Positions 16,206 to 26,315 of a DNA stretch of 34,261 bases are shown one piece after another (within the stretch, counting starts at the first letter, position 1; each line of letters opens with the position of its first letter). A program made the translations under genes and the position numbers. The DNA comes from an uncultured Thermodesulfobacteriota bacterium. GTDB lineage: Bacteria; Desulfobacterota; B13-G15; RBG-16-54-18. Under the pieces are notes generated by a model. That model did no database searches and was not told the origin of the DNA. It was given only the letters and a program-made list of their open reading frames with translations. The DNA is taken from contig CAZFIR010000092.1 in the NCBI GenBank assembly GCA_964519535.1, positions 1-34,261 of the forward strand. Reading direction: 5' to 3'.

Positions 16206-16562
16206 ATGAAGAGATCAAGGGAGCTTTTCGGACTTTTACTTTTTATTGGATGGGTTGTCTTTTTGACCATCTTTTCCCTCATTCCCCTAGAAGGGGTAGA
16301 TCTGGGGGGGCAGCGGGATAAGGTCGCCCACTTTATTGCCTATTTTTTTACCGCCGTCTTGTTCTATGTTGCCTTTCGCACCCGTTTCAAGCCAGCCGAC
16401 ATCTATGCAGTGTTCTTCTCCTTCGGCTATGGGGCGCTCATAGAGTTGGCGCAATCGCTGGTGCCGGGCAGGGAATGTTCTCTCGGAGACTTGGCGGCCA
16501 ATCTTTCGGGGGTGCTCTTTTTCTTTGCCCTGTATCGCGTATTGTGGGGAAAGGTTAGTTAA
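16206..16562 (+). CDS. VanZ family membrane protein
   Basis: DKVAHFIAY...IELAQ..VPGR.CS.GDL.AN..G. Confidence 0.85.
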   Translation: MKRSRELFGLLLFIGWVVFLTIFSLIPLEGVDLGGQRDKVAHFIAYFFTAVLFYVAFRTRFKPADIYAVFFSFGYGALIELAQSLVPGRECSLGDLAANLSGVLFFFALYRVLWGKVS

Positions 16563-16632
16563 TCGTCTCTCTTTTTGTTGATGAGCTCCATAAATATATT
16601 TGTAATCAATGATGACAATTTTAGTAAAAAAA

Positions 16633-16649
16633 GTGACAATTAATGTCAC
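16633..16649. promoter_or_regulatory. Palindromic transcription-factor site (candidate enhancer/UAS)
   Basis: GTGACA-ATTAA-TGTCAC; a weaker TGACAATTTTAGTAA lies ~20 bp upstream. Confidence 0.45.
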
Positions 16650-16925
16650 CCTATTGCTCTCCAGTCGAATATCCTTCTTTAGTTCGCCAGTAAAATCAAA
16701 GGGATTCATAGGACTCAACCTACAAACGAGGTACATATTTTTCAAGGCGTCGAAAGGTTAGAGCGTTTTTTTGTAAGAATCTCAACCTCCCTGCCCCTGT
16801 AACTGAGGAGGTGCACCTGTTGTTCCTTGTTTGCATCTTTTTTGTTGCAAGTGGCCCTTCAGCCCCTCGCGTATCCGTTTAGGGTAATGTTGCCCGAGTT
16901 CTTAATGTGTGTCAAAAATCATTTT

Positions 16926-16941
16926 TGGCAAATAAATTGCA
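16926..16941 (+). promoter_or_regulatory. Sigma54 (-24/-12) promoter of the polysaccharide operon
   Basis: TGGCAAATAAATTGCA: GG (16927-28) and GC (16939-40) at the canonical spacing, ~200 bp upstream of the 17148 start. Confidence 0.55.
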
Positions 16942-17147
16942 GATAATTATCTAGAAAATGATTTCTTTAAAGACCAGGAGCGCTACAAACAGGTGAGGTG
17001 GAAATCCTTTGTATTTTATATTATAATATGTCACCATAAATAGAAGAGCAGGTGTGATGTTGAAAGAATTTTTGAAAAAAAGTCTTTTTTACGATGTTAT
17101 GAAGGGGTGTTTCTCAGGGGGGCACGGGGACACTTGTGAGGTAAATT

Positions 17148-18887
17148 ATGTTAGAATATGAGAAATACTGGCACTTTCTGGATTTGCCATTTAAGGTCTT
17201 CCCTTCGGGAGATACCTATTTTCCCTCCTCGACCCATGAAGAGGCCAGGGCGAGGATATTTCAAGCCATACGGACCCGCAAGAGGATCATCTTGATTACG
17301 GGCAAGCCGGGTTCAGGGAAGACCACCCTCTGGAAGAGGATCAAGGGGGATCTTGAAAAAAACAATATCCCCTTTGCCATGGGTGTCGCGGAAAACCCCA
17401 TGGGCAATTTCTCCGAGATCATGAGGGACATGGGTGAGAGCATGGGTCTTCCCACCTCCCGTGATGGCGGAGAGCTCTTAGGGGCCCTCAGGGATAAACT
17501 CAGCGCTAACGTCGAGAAGGGGGCCACCAATATATGGCTGATAGATGAATGCCAGGTGATAAAGGATCCGAACATCTGGGAAAGGTTCAGGTTGTTGACC
17601 AACTGGTCATTGAATGGCTCTCCGGCCTTGACCCTCTTTCTCTTGGGCCAGCCGGAGGTCATACCTATCCTTCGTGAGAAGGAGGGGTTTTCCCAGAGGA
17701 TAGGGGCCTTCTATGTCCTCGGCGCTCTCAGCTTGGAGGAGACAGGGGCGTATATCGAGTATCACCTCAAAAAGGTGAACGCTGCGGATCAGAACATCTT
17801 CACCGAGGATGCACTGCATAAGATATATCAATTGTCAGGGGGACTTCCGCGCAACATAAACCATATTTGTGACGCTGCCCTTCTGCTCGGTGCGATCCGG
17901 GGGAAAGAGTTTGTCGATGCGAGGATGGTGGAGTCAGTTGCTGCGGAACGGGCGTCCATCAGCGGTGAGCAAGAGGTCTTGTGGACGCCGATGCGGGAGG
18001 GACTTATGGCAACCAATGAGCAAGTGGGTGCGCATAATAATATATATGAGAAATTAATTAAGACATTCGACAAATTTTATTACATAAAAAAGGGGCAGAG
18101 CCCCATAGATCTGGTGGAGAAGGAGCTCCAACCGATTGTGCCTCAATTTATAAGGGCCGTGAAGACGGACAGGGGGCTCATGAAAAAGGCCTTGTACGGT
18201 GAAGAGCCCGATGTCTACCTTTTGCAACACTGCGTGAATGTGGCGGTTCAGGGGGTGAAGATAGGAATGGGGATGGGTTACAGCGAGGATGAATTGAAGC
18301 AATTATCCCTGGCGGCCCTGATTCACGATATAGGGATGGGGGATGTCCCGGAGGAGATATGGACCAAGAAGGGATCTCTCTCACACTCCGAAAGCGATGA
18401 GATGCGGAGGCATCCCCTGTATGGCTACGAGCGCCTCAAATCCTTAGATGAGATCGCAAAGGTGGTGTTACAGGAACATGAGAGGATGGACTGCTCAGGC
18501 TATCCTAATGGCCCGTTATGCGGAGATATTCATGAGTTCTCTTACATCATCGGCGTCGCTGATATATATGACAGCCTCCTCCATACCCGTCCCTATCGGG
18601 ACAAACGGTACTCCTCCTATGAGGCGATCAAAGAGATCGTGACGAAGGAAAAGCAGAGATTCCCTGCCAGCGTGCTCAAGTCTTTGGTCGCCTACTTTCT
18701 CTTTCCGGTGGGGAGCCACGTGGAGTTGAACAGCCGGGAGCAGGCCGAGGTGATTGACGAGAACAGGGCAAACCCGATGCGCCCTGTAGTGAAGATTACC
18801 CACGACAAAGATAATCGGCAATACAAAAAACCCAGAGTTATAGACCTGGACAGGGATCAAAAATTCTTTATCACGAGGAATCTCTGA
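17148..18887 (+). CDS. ExeA-like AAA ATPase fused to an HD-GYP domain
   Basis: N-term: GKPGSGKT, IDECQ, LLGQPE, SGGLPRNINHICD. C-term: HCVNVA, IHDIG, HPLYG, EHERMDCSGYP, VADIYD, RPYR. Confidence 0.88.
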   Translation: MLEYEKYWHFLDLPFKVFPSGDTYFPSSTHEEARARIFQAIRTRKRIILITGKPGSGKTTLWKRIKGDLEKNNIPFAMGVAENPMGNFSEIMRDMGESMGLPTSRDGGELLGALRDKLSANVEKGATNIWLIDECQVIKDPNIWERFRLLTNWSLNGSPALTLFLLGQPEVIPILREKEGFSQRIGAFYVLGALSLEETGAYIEYHLKKVNAADQNIFTEDALHKIYQLSGGLPRNINHICDAALLLGAIRGKEFVDARMVESVAAERASISGEQEVLWTPMREGLMATNEQVGAHNNIYEKLIKTFDKFYYIKKGQSPIDLVEKELQPIVPQFIRAVKTDRGLMKKALYGEEPDVYLLQHCVNVAVQGVKIGMGMGYSEDELKQLSLAALIHDIGMGDVPEEIWTKKGSLSHSESDEMRRHPLYGYERLKSLDEIAKVVLQEHERMDCSGYPNGPLCGDIHEFSYIIGVADIYDSLLHTRPYRDKRYSSYEAIKEIVTKEKQRFPASVLKSLVAYFLFPVGSHVELNSREQAEVIDENRANPMRPVVKITHDKDNRQYKKPRVIDLDRDQKFFITRNL

Positions 18888-19603
18888 TGAGAAGGATAAC
18901 AATTGGAGGGATCATCTTTTTCCTGTCTTTTCTATTTCTCGTTCCTTTTACCCTTGCGGAAGAACCTGCCACCAAGTCTGAAGAGCCCGCTGCTAAGGCA
19001 ACAGACCTCCGTTCCTTCTATACCGTGGTGGTGTGGGATGTACTTTCAGTAAGGCTCAGGGAAGGCGTAAAGCTCAATGAGTTTGATGCAACGGTCATGT
19101 CCACCGGCACGATAGTCATCTCCTTCATAGAAGTGGAGGCAGCAGGGTTTACCATCGATGAGATAAGGGAAAAGGCTCAGACGGAGCTCAGCAAGTATGT
19201 TCGAGATTTCAGCGTTGACCTCATTCCAAGGGAATGGCGGGAAAGAAAGATCTTTGTCCTGGGTGAAGTAGAGAGGCCAGGGGTATACAATTTTTCCGCG
19301 GGGATGACCACCATACAGGCACTTGCCTTCGCAGGCGGATATAAGAACACCGCCGTGCTGAAAGATATGAGGATTATCAGAGGGGACCTCGATAATCCCA
19401 AGCTTATTCGGGTTAATATGAAAAGGACGGCCAAGGGTAAGGAATTGAAGGATGTCCTCCTTGTTCAGAATGATGTTATCTATGTGCCTCGGAGTGCCAT
19501 CGGGGACTGGAACAACTTTATCAATCTCTATATCCGTCCGACCATGGAGGTTCTTACCCTTCCTCTCGGTACAGCAAGCACCGCCAAAACTTTAGCTCAG
19601 TGA
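18887..19603 (+). CDS. wza: Polysaccharide export protein with SLBB domain (Wza-like)
   Basis: Signal peptide; IFVLGEVERPGVY, ALAFAGG, DVIYVP. Confidence 0.8.
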   Translation: MRRITIGGIIFFLSFLFLVPFTLAEEPATKSEEPAAKATDLRSFYTVVVWDVLSVRLREGVKLNEFDATVMSTGTIVISFIEVEAAGFTIDEIREKAQTELSKYVRDFSVDLIPREWRERKIFVLGEVERPGVYNFSAGMTTIQALAFAGGYKNTAVLKDMRIIRGDLDNPKLIRVNMKRTAKGKELKDVLLVQNDVIYVPRSAIGDWNNFINLYIRPTMEVLTLPLGTASTAKTLAQ

Positions 19604-19607
19604 GGAT

Positions 19608-21764
19608 GTGATGGAGAAGAAGAGTTACGATCTTTCTATAAGGGATTACCTCTTCATCCTTAAAAAAAGGAAGAGGATCATAGCATTGGTCCTCCTCCTC
19701 ACCCTCACGGCCGTCATCTTCGGGACATATCTTGCTACCCCCTCCCCCCAGTATAAGGCGACTGCTTCGGTCAGGGTAGAGCGTATTACCGACGTGACCG
19801 GCTTTTTGATGGAGTTCATCTCGTACCCCCTCGGTGACGTCCTGGCGGGGCAGATGGAGATGATCAGGAGCTTTGATGTTATGGAGAGGGTGGCAAAGGC
19901 CATGGGTTTGATCCCGCGTGATGCTACTGTTGAAGAAGTAAGCGTCAACGAGAAGTACAGGAATGTCATCTCTTCCCTCAGAAGCTCCGTCACTGTTGAA
20001 CGCCAAGGGCAATCTAACATTATTGCCATCAACGCAACCGCCGCTGCCCCGGATAAGGCCCAGCAGTTGGCCAACCTAGTGGCGGAAAAGTACCGGGAGA
20101 CCAACATCGTCTCGAGAAACAAGAGGGTCTTCGATGCGAAGGACTTTGTGGAAAAGCGGCTCAATCAAGTAGAGGAGAAGCTGAAAAGCGCTGAAGATGA
20201 GCTTCGCTCCTTTCGTGAAGGGGCAACCCTTGCCCATCTCAGCCAGCAGGAGATGGAGACGGCCAAAAAGCTGGTCGAAACAGAGGGGCGGATCGAAGAT
20301 CTGAAGACGGAAAAGGCGGAGGTGGGTGAGGCCATACAGCAGGTTAAACAGGGGCGGATGATCAGCCCCCGGGCCCAATTGACCGTCGAGCGGGATCAGT
20401 CAACCATTATTACTACCTTAAAGATCTATTCCGACCTTCTCTTAAGGAAGGAAAATCTGCTCCTCACCTATTTCCCCGCCCATCCCGCTGTCAAAGAAGT
20501 TGATGGTGAGCTGGAGAACGCCAAGGTTGAATTGTTGAAGCATCTTTCGGCCCAGAGTACTGGTGATCAAACGAGGGTTAATCTGCTCGAAGGGGAATTA
20601 AAGACCCTGCAGGCAAAGGCGAGGCAATTACCGGCCACGGCCCTCAACTTTGAGCGTCTCAAGAGGGAGGTGGAGATCAATGATACCCTCTATACCCAGC
20701 TCAAGACCAAGTATCAGGAACTCTTGATAAAGGAGGCCGAGAAGATCGAGGAGGTCTCCATCGTCAACCCCGCCGTGAAGCCTGACTTCCCTGTGAATAG
20801 GCCCTCATACCTCCAAAACGGCCTCTTAGGGATCCTCATCGGCCTTCTCTTGGGGGTGGTCTTTTCCGTTTTCTATGAGGCTTATGATACCTCTATCACG
20901 ACGGTGGAGGAAATCGAGGCCATTTTAGAGGTGCCGGTCTTAGGGGTGATCCCCTATCTTGGTGAAAAGGAGATGGGGGAGGAGATCGCTAAAAGGGGGG
21001 ACAAGATTCCTCAAGATCCCGAACTCTTCAAGGCCCTCTTTACCTATTTTGTCCCTGATCATTTTTTGACGGAGGCCTTCAGGATCTTGCGCACGGCCCT
21101 CTTGAAGGTGGAATCGGCACGGGTCATTGCAGTAAGCAGCCCTGCTACTCGCGAAGGGAAGACCTTCGTCCTGATGAACCTGGCGGTCTCCATTGCGCAG
21201 ACGGGCAAAAAGGTGTTGGTCATCGATGCCGATTTCCAGATGAGCATGGTGAACAGGCTCTTTGGCATTCCGAGAGAACCGGGTCTGTCCGACGTCATCT
21301 TGAGGAATGTCCCCTTCAACGAGGCGGCCAGGAGTATCGTGGATCTGATATTGGGAGAGAGGGGTTTCGATTTTGCCCTCTCTGGGTCAGGCCTGGAGAA
21401 CGTCCACATCCTCCCGACCGGAGGAAAGACGCCGAAAGCTCGGGAGATGTTATCCGTGTACATAAAGGATGTGTTTGAGGAGGTAAAGAAGGTAAAGGAA
21501 TTTGATTACATCCTCATTGACACACCTCCCATACTTCCCGTTATGGACGCGGTGGAGCTTTCCACCCATGTGGACGGCGTCCTGCTTGTCTATGAGGCGG
21601 GAAAAGTCCCCAAGATGGCTCTCCGCAGGGCTCGGACCCATATCCTGAACGCAGGAGGGAGGATCATAGGCGCCGTGCTCAACAAGATGAAGGCAGAGGT
21701 GAGCCCCGATTACTATAAATATACGTACACGCACTACTACGGGGAAAAGGAGAAAAGGACCTAA
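19608..21764 (+). CDS. wzc: Polysaccharide co-polymerase/tyrosine autokinase (Wzc/GumC)
   Basis: Two transmembrane helices around a coiled-coil region; EAFRILRT, SSPATREGKT, IDAD, IDTPP; Tyr-rich tail DYYKYTYTHYYG. Confidence 0.92.
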   Translation: MMEKKSYDLSIRDYLFILKKRKRIIALVLLLTLTAVIFGTYLATPSPQYKATASVRVERITDVTGFLMEFISYPLGDVLAGQMEMIRSFDVMERVAKAMGLIPRDATVEEVSVNEKYRNVISSLRSSVTVERQGQSNIIAINATAAAPDKAQQLANLVAEKYRETNIVSRNKRVFDAKDFVEKRLNQVEEKLKSAEDELRSFREGATLAHLSQQEMETAKKLVETEGRIEDLKTEKAEVGEAIQQVKQGRMISPRAQLTVERDQSTIITTLKIYSDLLLRKENLLLTYFPAHPAVKEVDGELENAKVELLKHLSAQSTGDQTRVNLLEGELKTLQAKARQLPATALNFERLKREVEINDTLYTQLKTKYQELLIKEAEKIEEVSIVNPAVKPDFPVNRPSYLQNGLLGILIGLLLGVVFSVFYEAYDTSITTVEEIEAILEVPVLGVIPYLGEKEMGEEIAKRGDKIPQDPELFKALFTYFVPDHFLTEAFRILRTALLKVESARVIAVSSPATREGKTFVLMNLAVSIAQTGKKVLVIDADFQMSMVNRLFGIPREPGLSDVILRNVPFNEAARSIVDLILGERGFDFALSGSGLENVHILPTGGKTPKAREMLSVYIKDVFEEVKKVKEFDYILIDTPPILPVMDAVELSTHVDGVLLVYEAGKVPKMALRRARTHILNAGGRIIGAVLNKMKAEVSPDYYKYTYTHYYGEKEKRT

Positions 21765-23120
21765 TTGAATATTACCGTCGATCCTCCCCTCCGCTTCAGG
21801 TTGATTCTGACCTCGCTCTCCCTCTTTGCAGCCGTCCTTATTATCATATTGCCGCCTTCTTTCACCTTGTTCGCCTTTTTGGCATTAGTGATTGCTATTA
21901 TATGCTTTAGCTATCCTCAGGTTGCCCTCTATATTCTCATCGTTTCCATGCTCTTTTCACCACAGGTGATCGGTGGACAGACCGCTGCCAGGGAGATCAC
22001 CTTCAGGATGGATGATTTGTTGTTGTTCGTCATTGTTTTGACGTGGCTTGCCAGGGCCGCCATATACAAGGAATTGACTGTCTTTCGCCTTACCCCGCTA
22101 CATACCCCTATAGCCTTGTTCATGGTCGCTTCTCTCCTTGCTACCTTGCTGGGAATGGTGAATGGAAATGTGAGTGTGGCATCCGGCCTTTTTTTTAACC
22201 TGAAGATCTTGGAGTATTTCGTCGTCTTTTTTATGGTGGTCAACAATGTGAAGGAGGAGAAGGAGATAAAGACCTTCGTGATCCTGATCCTCCTCGTTGC
22301 CCTCTTTGTCAACTTCTATGCCCTCTATCAGGTCCCCTCGGGTGAACGGGTGTCTGCCCCCTTTGAGAGATACGGAGAGCCCAATACCTTAGGTGGATAC
22401 CTTGTGGTCATCATATCGTTAACCCTTGCCCTTTTTCTTCTGAGGTCCTTTGGCCAGAGGACCAATCTTCTCATTCCCTTACTCGTTCTTTCGGGGGCCA
22501 GCGTGATGTTTACCCAATCCAGAGGTTCCTGGATGGGGTTGATATTTATGGGCGCCCCCTTTATGCTCCTCTCGCCGAAAAGGCTCTTTTTTATCATTGG
22601 GGCCATTTTTCTCGTTTTTGCCCTTCCCTATATTGCCCCTCAGTCCACGAAAGAAAGATTCGTTGGCACCTTCCGTCCTGACCCCGGCTTTGAACAAACC
22701 GAGAGGTTTATGGGGCAGGGACTTGACCCCTCGTCATCAGAAAGGCTGACGAGCTACAAGAAAGGCTTCGAGAAGTGGAAGAAACGTCCCATCTTTGGAT
22801 ATGGGGTCACAGGGGCTGGCTTCATTGACGGCCAGTTTATTCGGGTATTGGTGGAGACGGGGATTGTTGGGCTTGCCTTGTTCCTCTTTCTCTTGTGGCG
22901 CATGGCGCTCTTTTTATGGGACACCTATTGGTCCGTGGATGACCCATTCTTCAAGGCCCTCTACCTGGGGATGCTGGGGGCCTTGATTGGTCTCATAGGA
23001 CATTCAATCAGTGCAAGCTCTTTTATTATTGTGCGTATTATGGAGCCTTTTTGGTTCCTCATCGGGCTTGCAGCAACGTATCCCATGATAAAAGGTGAGA
23101 TCCCCTCTGTACAAGAGTAA
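21765..23120 (+). CDS. O-antigen ligase/Wzy polymerase family membrane protein
   Basis: Many hydrophobic segments; EPNTLGGY, TQSRGSW, RPIFGYG, LVETGIVG. Confidence 0.82.
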   Translation: MNITVDPPLRFRLILTSLSLFAAVLIIILPPSFTLFAFLALVIAIICFSYPQVALYILIVSMLFSPQVIGGQTAAREITFRMDDLLLFVIVLTWLARAAIYKELTVFRLTPLHTPIALFMVASLLATLLGMVNGNVSVASGLFFNLKILEYFVVFFMVVNNVKEEKEIKTFVILILLVALFVNFYALYQVPSGERVSAPFERYGEPNTLGGYLVVIISLTLALFLLRSFGQRTNLLIPLLVLSGASVMFTQSRGSWMGLIFMGAPFMLLSPKRLFFIIGAIFLVFALPYIAPQSTKERFVGTFRPDPGFEQTERFMGQGLDPSSSERLTSYKKGFEKWKKRPIFGYGVTGAGFIDGQFIRVLVETGIVGLALFLFLLWRMALFLWDTYWSVDDPFFKALYLGMLGALIGLIGHSISASSFIIVRIMEPFWFLIGLAATYPMIKGEIPSVQE

Positions 23121-23351
23121 ACGGCATTTCTATTCCCTCGATACTTAATTCTTATTTTACTTTGAGATGATTGACTCCGAGATAAAAAGAGGAAGCTCTA
23201 AAAAAATGTACTGGGTGGAACAAGGGAGATCTCTCTTACAGCATACAAGCAAGTATATGGGAGTGTCGATAAGATTTATCCTCATTCCTTCCAGCCTAAG
23301 CCATTTAGGCAGTAAGAATTTTGGTATTCGATTCAAAGTGATGCAAACTCT

Positions 23352-24884
23352 ATGAATTATAGCTCTCGTTCTCTTATTCAAAGCGTCCTTTGGAACTTCA
23401 TTGGCAATGGATGGTTGTTGGTGCTTGCTTTTTTTGCAACGCCATTTATTGTCCATCGTCTTGGCGTCGATTTCTATGGGATACTTACCCTTGTTGGTAT
23501 CACCGTTGGTTATTTTGCCTTTCTGGAACTTGGACTTGGATATGCAATGGTTAAATATATATCTCAGTATCTTGCCCAAGGAGAGGAGGATAAGATCAGA
23601 AAAACATTCTGGTCGTGCATGCTTGTTTATTTCTTTATTGGATCGTTTGGGACAATAATTATTATACTTTCTGCGCCAATTCTGGTTGAAAAGTTATTTA
23701 ATATACCTCAAGATTCAAAAGAAATAGCCCTTTTTGGCCTTCGACTTGGTGGTATAGGATTTCTACTTACCATGCTATCCGGAGCGACAAGCGGTGTGCT
23801 TAGGGCATTGGGCAGATTTGATTTCCTGAATCGTATAGGAATCATACTTGGCACATTTCAGACCGGCCTTAGCGTTCTCCTTCTTGTAATCGGTTTTTCA
23901 CTCAAGGAGATAATTCTTGTTAACCTTTTAATACAGGCAATAGGTCTTTTTATCTATTCGGTCTTCGCAAGAAAGTTTTTGCCTTATCTTAGAGGCCCAT
24001 GCTGGGATACTGCTACCTTTATTAACCTTCTTCGATTTGGCGGGTTTGTTACAATCTCCAGCATCACAGGGCCAATTCTTGTTAATATAGAAAAGATATT
24101 CCTTACTGCTCTTCGCCCGATAGCAGCCCTTACTTATTATTCGGTTCCTTATTCTATAACTACTCGTTTATCTATCATTCCTTCTTCTTTATCTGCCGTG
24201 CTTTTTCCTGCCTTCAGTTTTTTAAATGGTTCCAAAGACAAAAGGGCCATCAGGGAACTTCATTATAGAGGTACTCTTTATATTCTGCTTTTGCTTGGAT
24301 TCCCCGTGCTTTTTTTTGCTCTATTTAGCAGGTCATTTCTGACCGCATGGATGGGGGCTGACTTTGCTATGCAATCGACAGACATAATGATCATTCTTTC
24401 TTTTGCTATCCTGATAAATGCACTAGCTTCTCCTTCGTTTGTTGCCATTCAGGGTCTTGGGAAGCCGTCTCAACCCGCACTGTTTCATGTAATAGAGACA
24501 ATTATCCATATACCTGTCAGTTACCTTCTTATACGCCATCTTGGAGGAGTGGGTGCTGCCTGGGCCTGGTTTATTCGGGTATCGATTGATACCATCCTCC
24601 TCCAAAGGGCATCCTGCAGCACCCTTGGCATAAGTCTTATGAGCTGGTATCGCTCAATTGTTATCCATGGTATCCTTCCCATAATTGTGTGCGGATTATT
24701 ACTTTTTTGCCTAAGGGAATTCAACCTATCTCTTTTCCATCCCTTAAGTATACTGGGGTTTACTACAACCATAATCGTATATTTTTTCTTTGGCTGGAAG
24801 TGGGGATTGGATGACGTAGATCGAGATAAAATGAAGGAATTCTTTGTGAAATTTACTGCAAGTAGAAGAGATTCCATTAGATGA
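23352..24884 (+). CDS. wzx: Polysaccharide flippase (Wzx)
   Basis: 510 aa polytopic membrane protein; LG..FYG, LELGLG, YYSVP...LFPAFS. Confidence 0.88.
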   Translation: MNYSSRSLIQSVLWNFIGNGWLLVLAFFATPFIVHRLGVDFYGILTLVGITVGYFAFLELGLGYAMVKYISQYLAQGEEDKIRKTFWSCMLVYFFIGSFGTIIIILSAPILVEKLFNIPQDSKEIALFGLRLGGIGFLLTMLSGATSGVLRALGRFDFLNRIGIILGTFQTGLSVLLLVIGFSLKEIILVNLLIQAIGLFIYSVFARKFLPYLRGPCWDTATFINLLRFGGFVTISSITGPILVNIEKIFLTALRPIAALTYYSVPYSITTRLSIIPSSLSAVLFPAFSFLNGSKDKRAIRELHYRGTLYILLLLGFPVLFFALFSRSFLTAWMGADFAMQSTDIMIILSFAILINALASPSFVAIQGLGKPSQPALFHVIETIIHIPVSYLLIRHLGGVGAAWAWFIRVSIDTILLQRASCSTLGISLMSWYRSIVIHGILPIIVCGLLLFCLREFNLSLFHPLSILGFTTTIIVYFFFGWKWGLDDVDRDKMKEFFVKFTASRRDSIR

Positions 24885-25079
24885 AATTGAGAATGCAATC
24901 TGACCCTTATGATATACTTTGTAAGACTGCAATAGGTCAAATTGACGCTTTTGCGTCTTTAGGCGAGAGGTGATTCCAGGCATAAAAAGAAATCTGTCGG
25001 AAACATTGATTTGTCGACCGGAGCGTATAACTGCTGTAAAAAAGCTGGCATAGTCAATCGCTAAAAGTAGAATAAAAAT

Positions 25080-26039
25080 ATGAAATGCGGGATTTGCGAT
25101 AACTCGGAAAATAACAAAATGTATGAAGCCCAAGAAATGATGTTTGGGTATAGAGACAAGTTTACATATTTTCAATGCTCAAAATGTCGTTGTTTACAAA
25201 TTTCAAAAATTCCTGCAGACATGACAAAATATTATCCGTTAAATTACTCTAGTTTTTCTCAAACTCTACCAAGTCCACCAACAAATCCAATTATAAAATT
25301 GCTTAAAAAAAATAGAGATAATTATGCCATTTTTAATAAAGGTGTTATCGGTAAGTTATTATGTGCAATTTTCCCTTACGAGAATCTCCATAGGTTATCT
25401 CGGGCTAAACTATCAAAAAATTCAAGGATATTAGATGTTGGATGTGGAACGGGCAGCCTTTTATATGTTCTTAGAGAAATTGGTTTAAAGCACTTATTGG
25501 GGATTGATCCATATATTAATCAAGATATCGAATATAAGAATGGATTAAAAATTCTTAAAAATGTAATTCATAATCTTGGTGGAAAGTGGGATTTAATAGT
25601 GTTTGATCATTCTTTTGAGCATATTCCGGACCCCCTCGAGACTCTTCAAACTGCATCTAGATTGTTATCTAAGCAAGGGGTTTGCTTAATTAGAATCCCC
25701 ACTGTTTCCTCTTATGCTTGGGAACATTATGGGGTAAATTGGGTTCAACTTGATGCCCCGAGACATTTTTTTTTGCACTCAATCGAAAGCATCGAATTAT
25801 TATCAAAAAAAACAGATCTTAAATTGGAAAGAATCATTTATGATTCAACATATTTCCAATTTTGCGGAAGTGAACAATATATAAAAAATATCCCTTTATT
25901 ACATGAGCGATCGTATAGGATAAATCCATCTAATTCAATTTTCTCCGATTTAGAGATTAAAACATTCAAAAAGTGTGCAATAAAATTAAATTTAGAAAAG
26001 CGAGGGGATCAAGCTATATTCTATTTACGGAAAAGTTAA
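25080..26039 (+). CDS. Class I SAM methyltransferase with N-terminal CxxC..CxxC
   Basis: CGIC...CSKC; ILDVGCGTG; HSFEHIPDP; DAPRHFF. Confidence 0.88.
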   Translation: MKCGICDNSENNKMYEAQEMMFGYRDKFTYFQCSKCRCLQISKIPADMTKYYPLNYSSFSQTLPSPPTNPIIKLLKKNRDNYAIFNKGVIGKLLCAIFPYENLHRLSRAKLSKNSRILDVGCGTGSLLYVLREIGLKHLLGIDPYINQDIEYKNGLKILKNVIHNLGGKWDLIVFDHSFEHIPDPLETLQTASRLLSKQGVCLIRIPTVSSYAWEHYGVNWVQLDAPRHFFLHSIESIELLSKKTDLKLERIIYDSTYFQFCGSEQYIKNIPLLHERSYRINPSNSIFSDLEIKTFKKCAIKLNLEKRGDQAIFYLRKS

Positions 26040-26315
26040 AAAATGCCAGAGATATATATTCAATCCAAAGGACTTCAAAAGATAGGGTCACCGGATAGGA
26101 TGGGTTCAGTACATTTATAAATAGATATCTATTAGTTCCTAAAAGTTCGATACTTGATATTCTAGGTAAAATATTACAGGAGGAAGGTATTGAGATTTTG
26201 ACAAAACCTAAATATTTTAGGAAGAATTCTCTGCTAGGATAATAAAATTTTGTTGTCGAGGAATTTTTTAAAAACAAAGTATAACTTTTACAGAGTATTT
26301 AATAGCTAACAATAT

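Noticed and set aside
17121-17137. Second sigma54-like motif (GGCACG...TTGT)
   Set aside because: No GC at the required -12 spacing.
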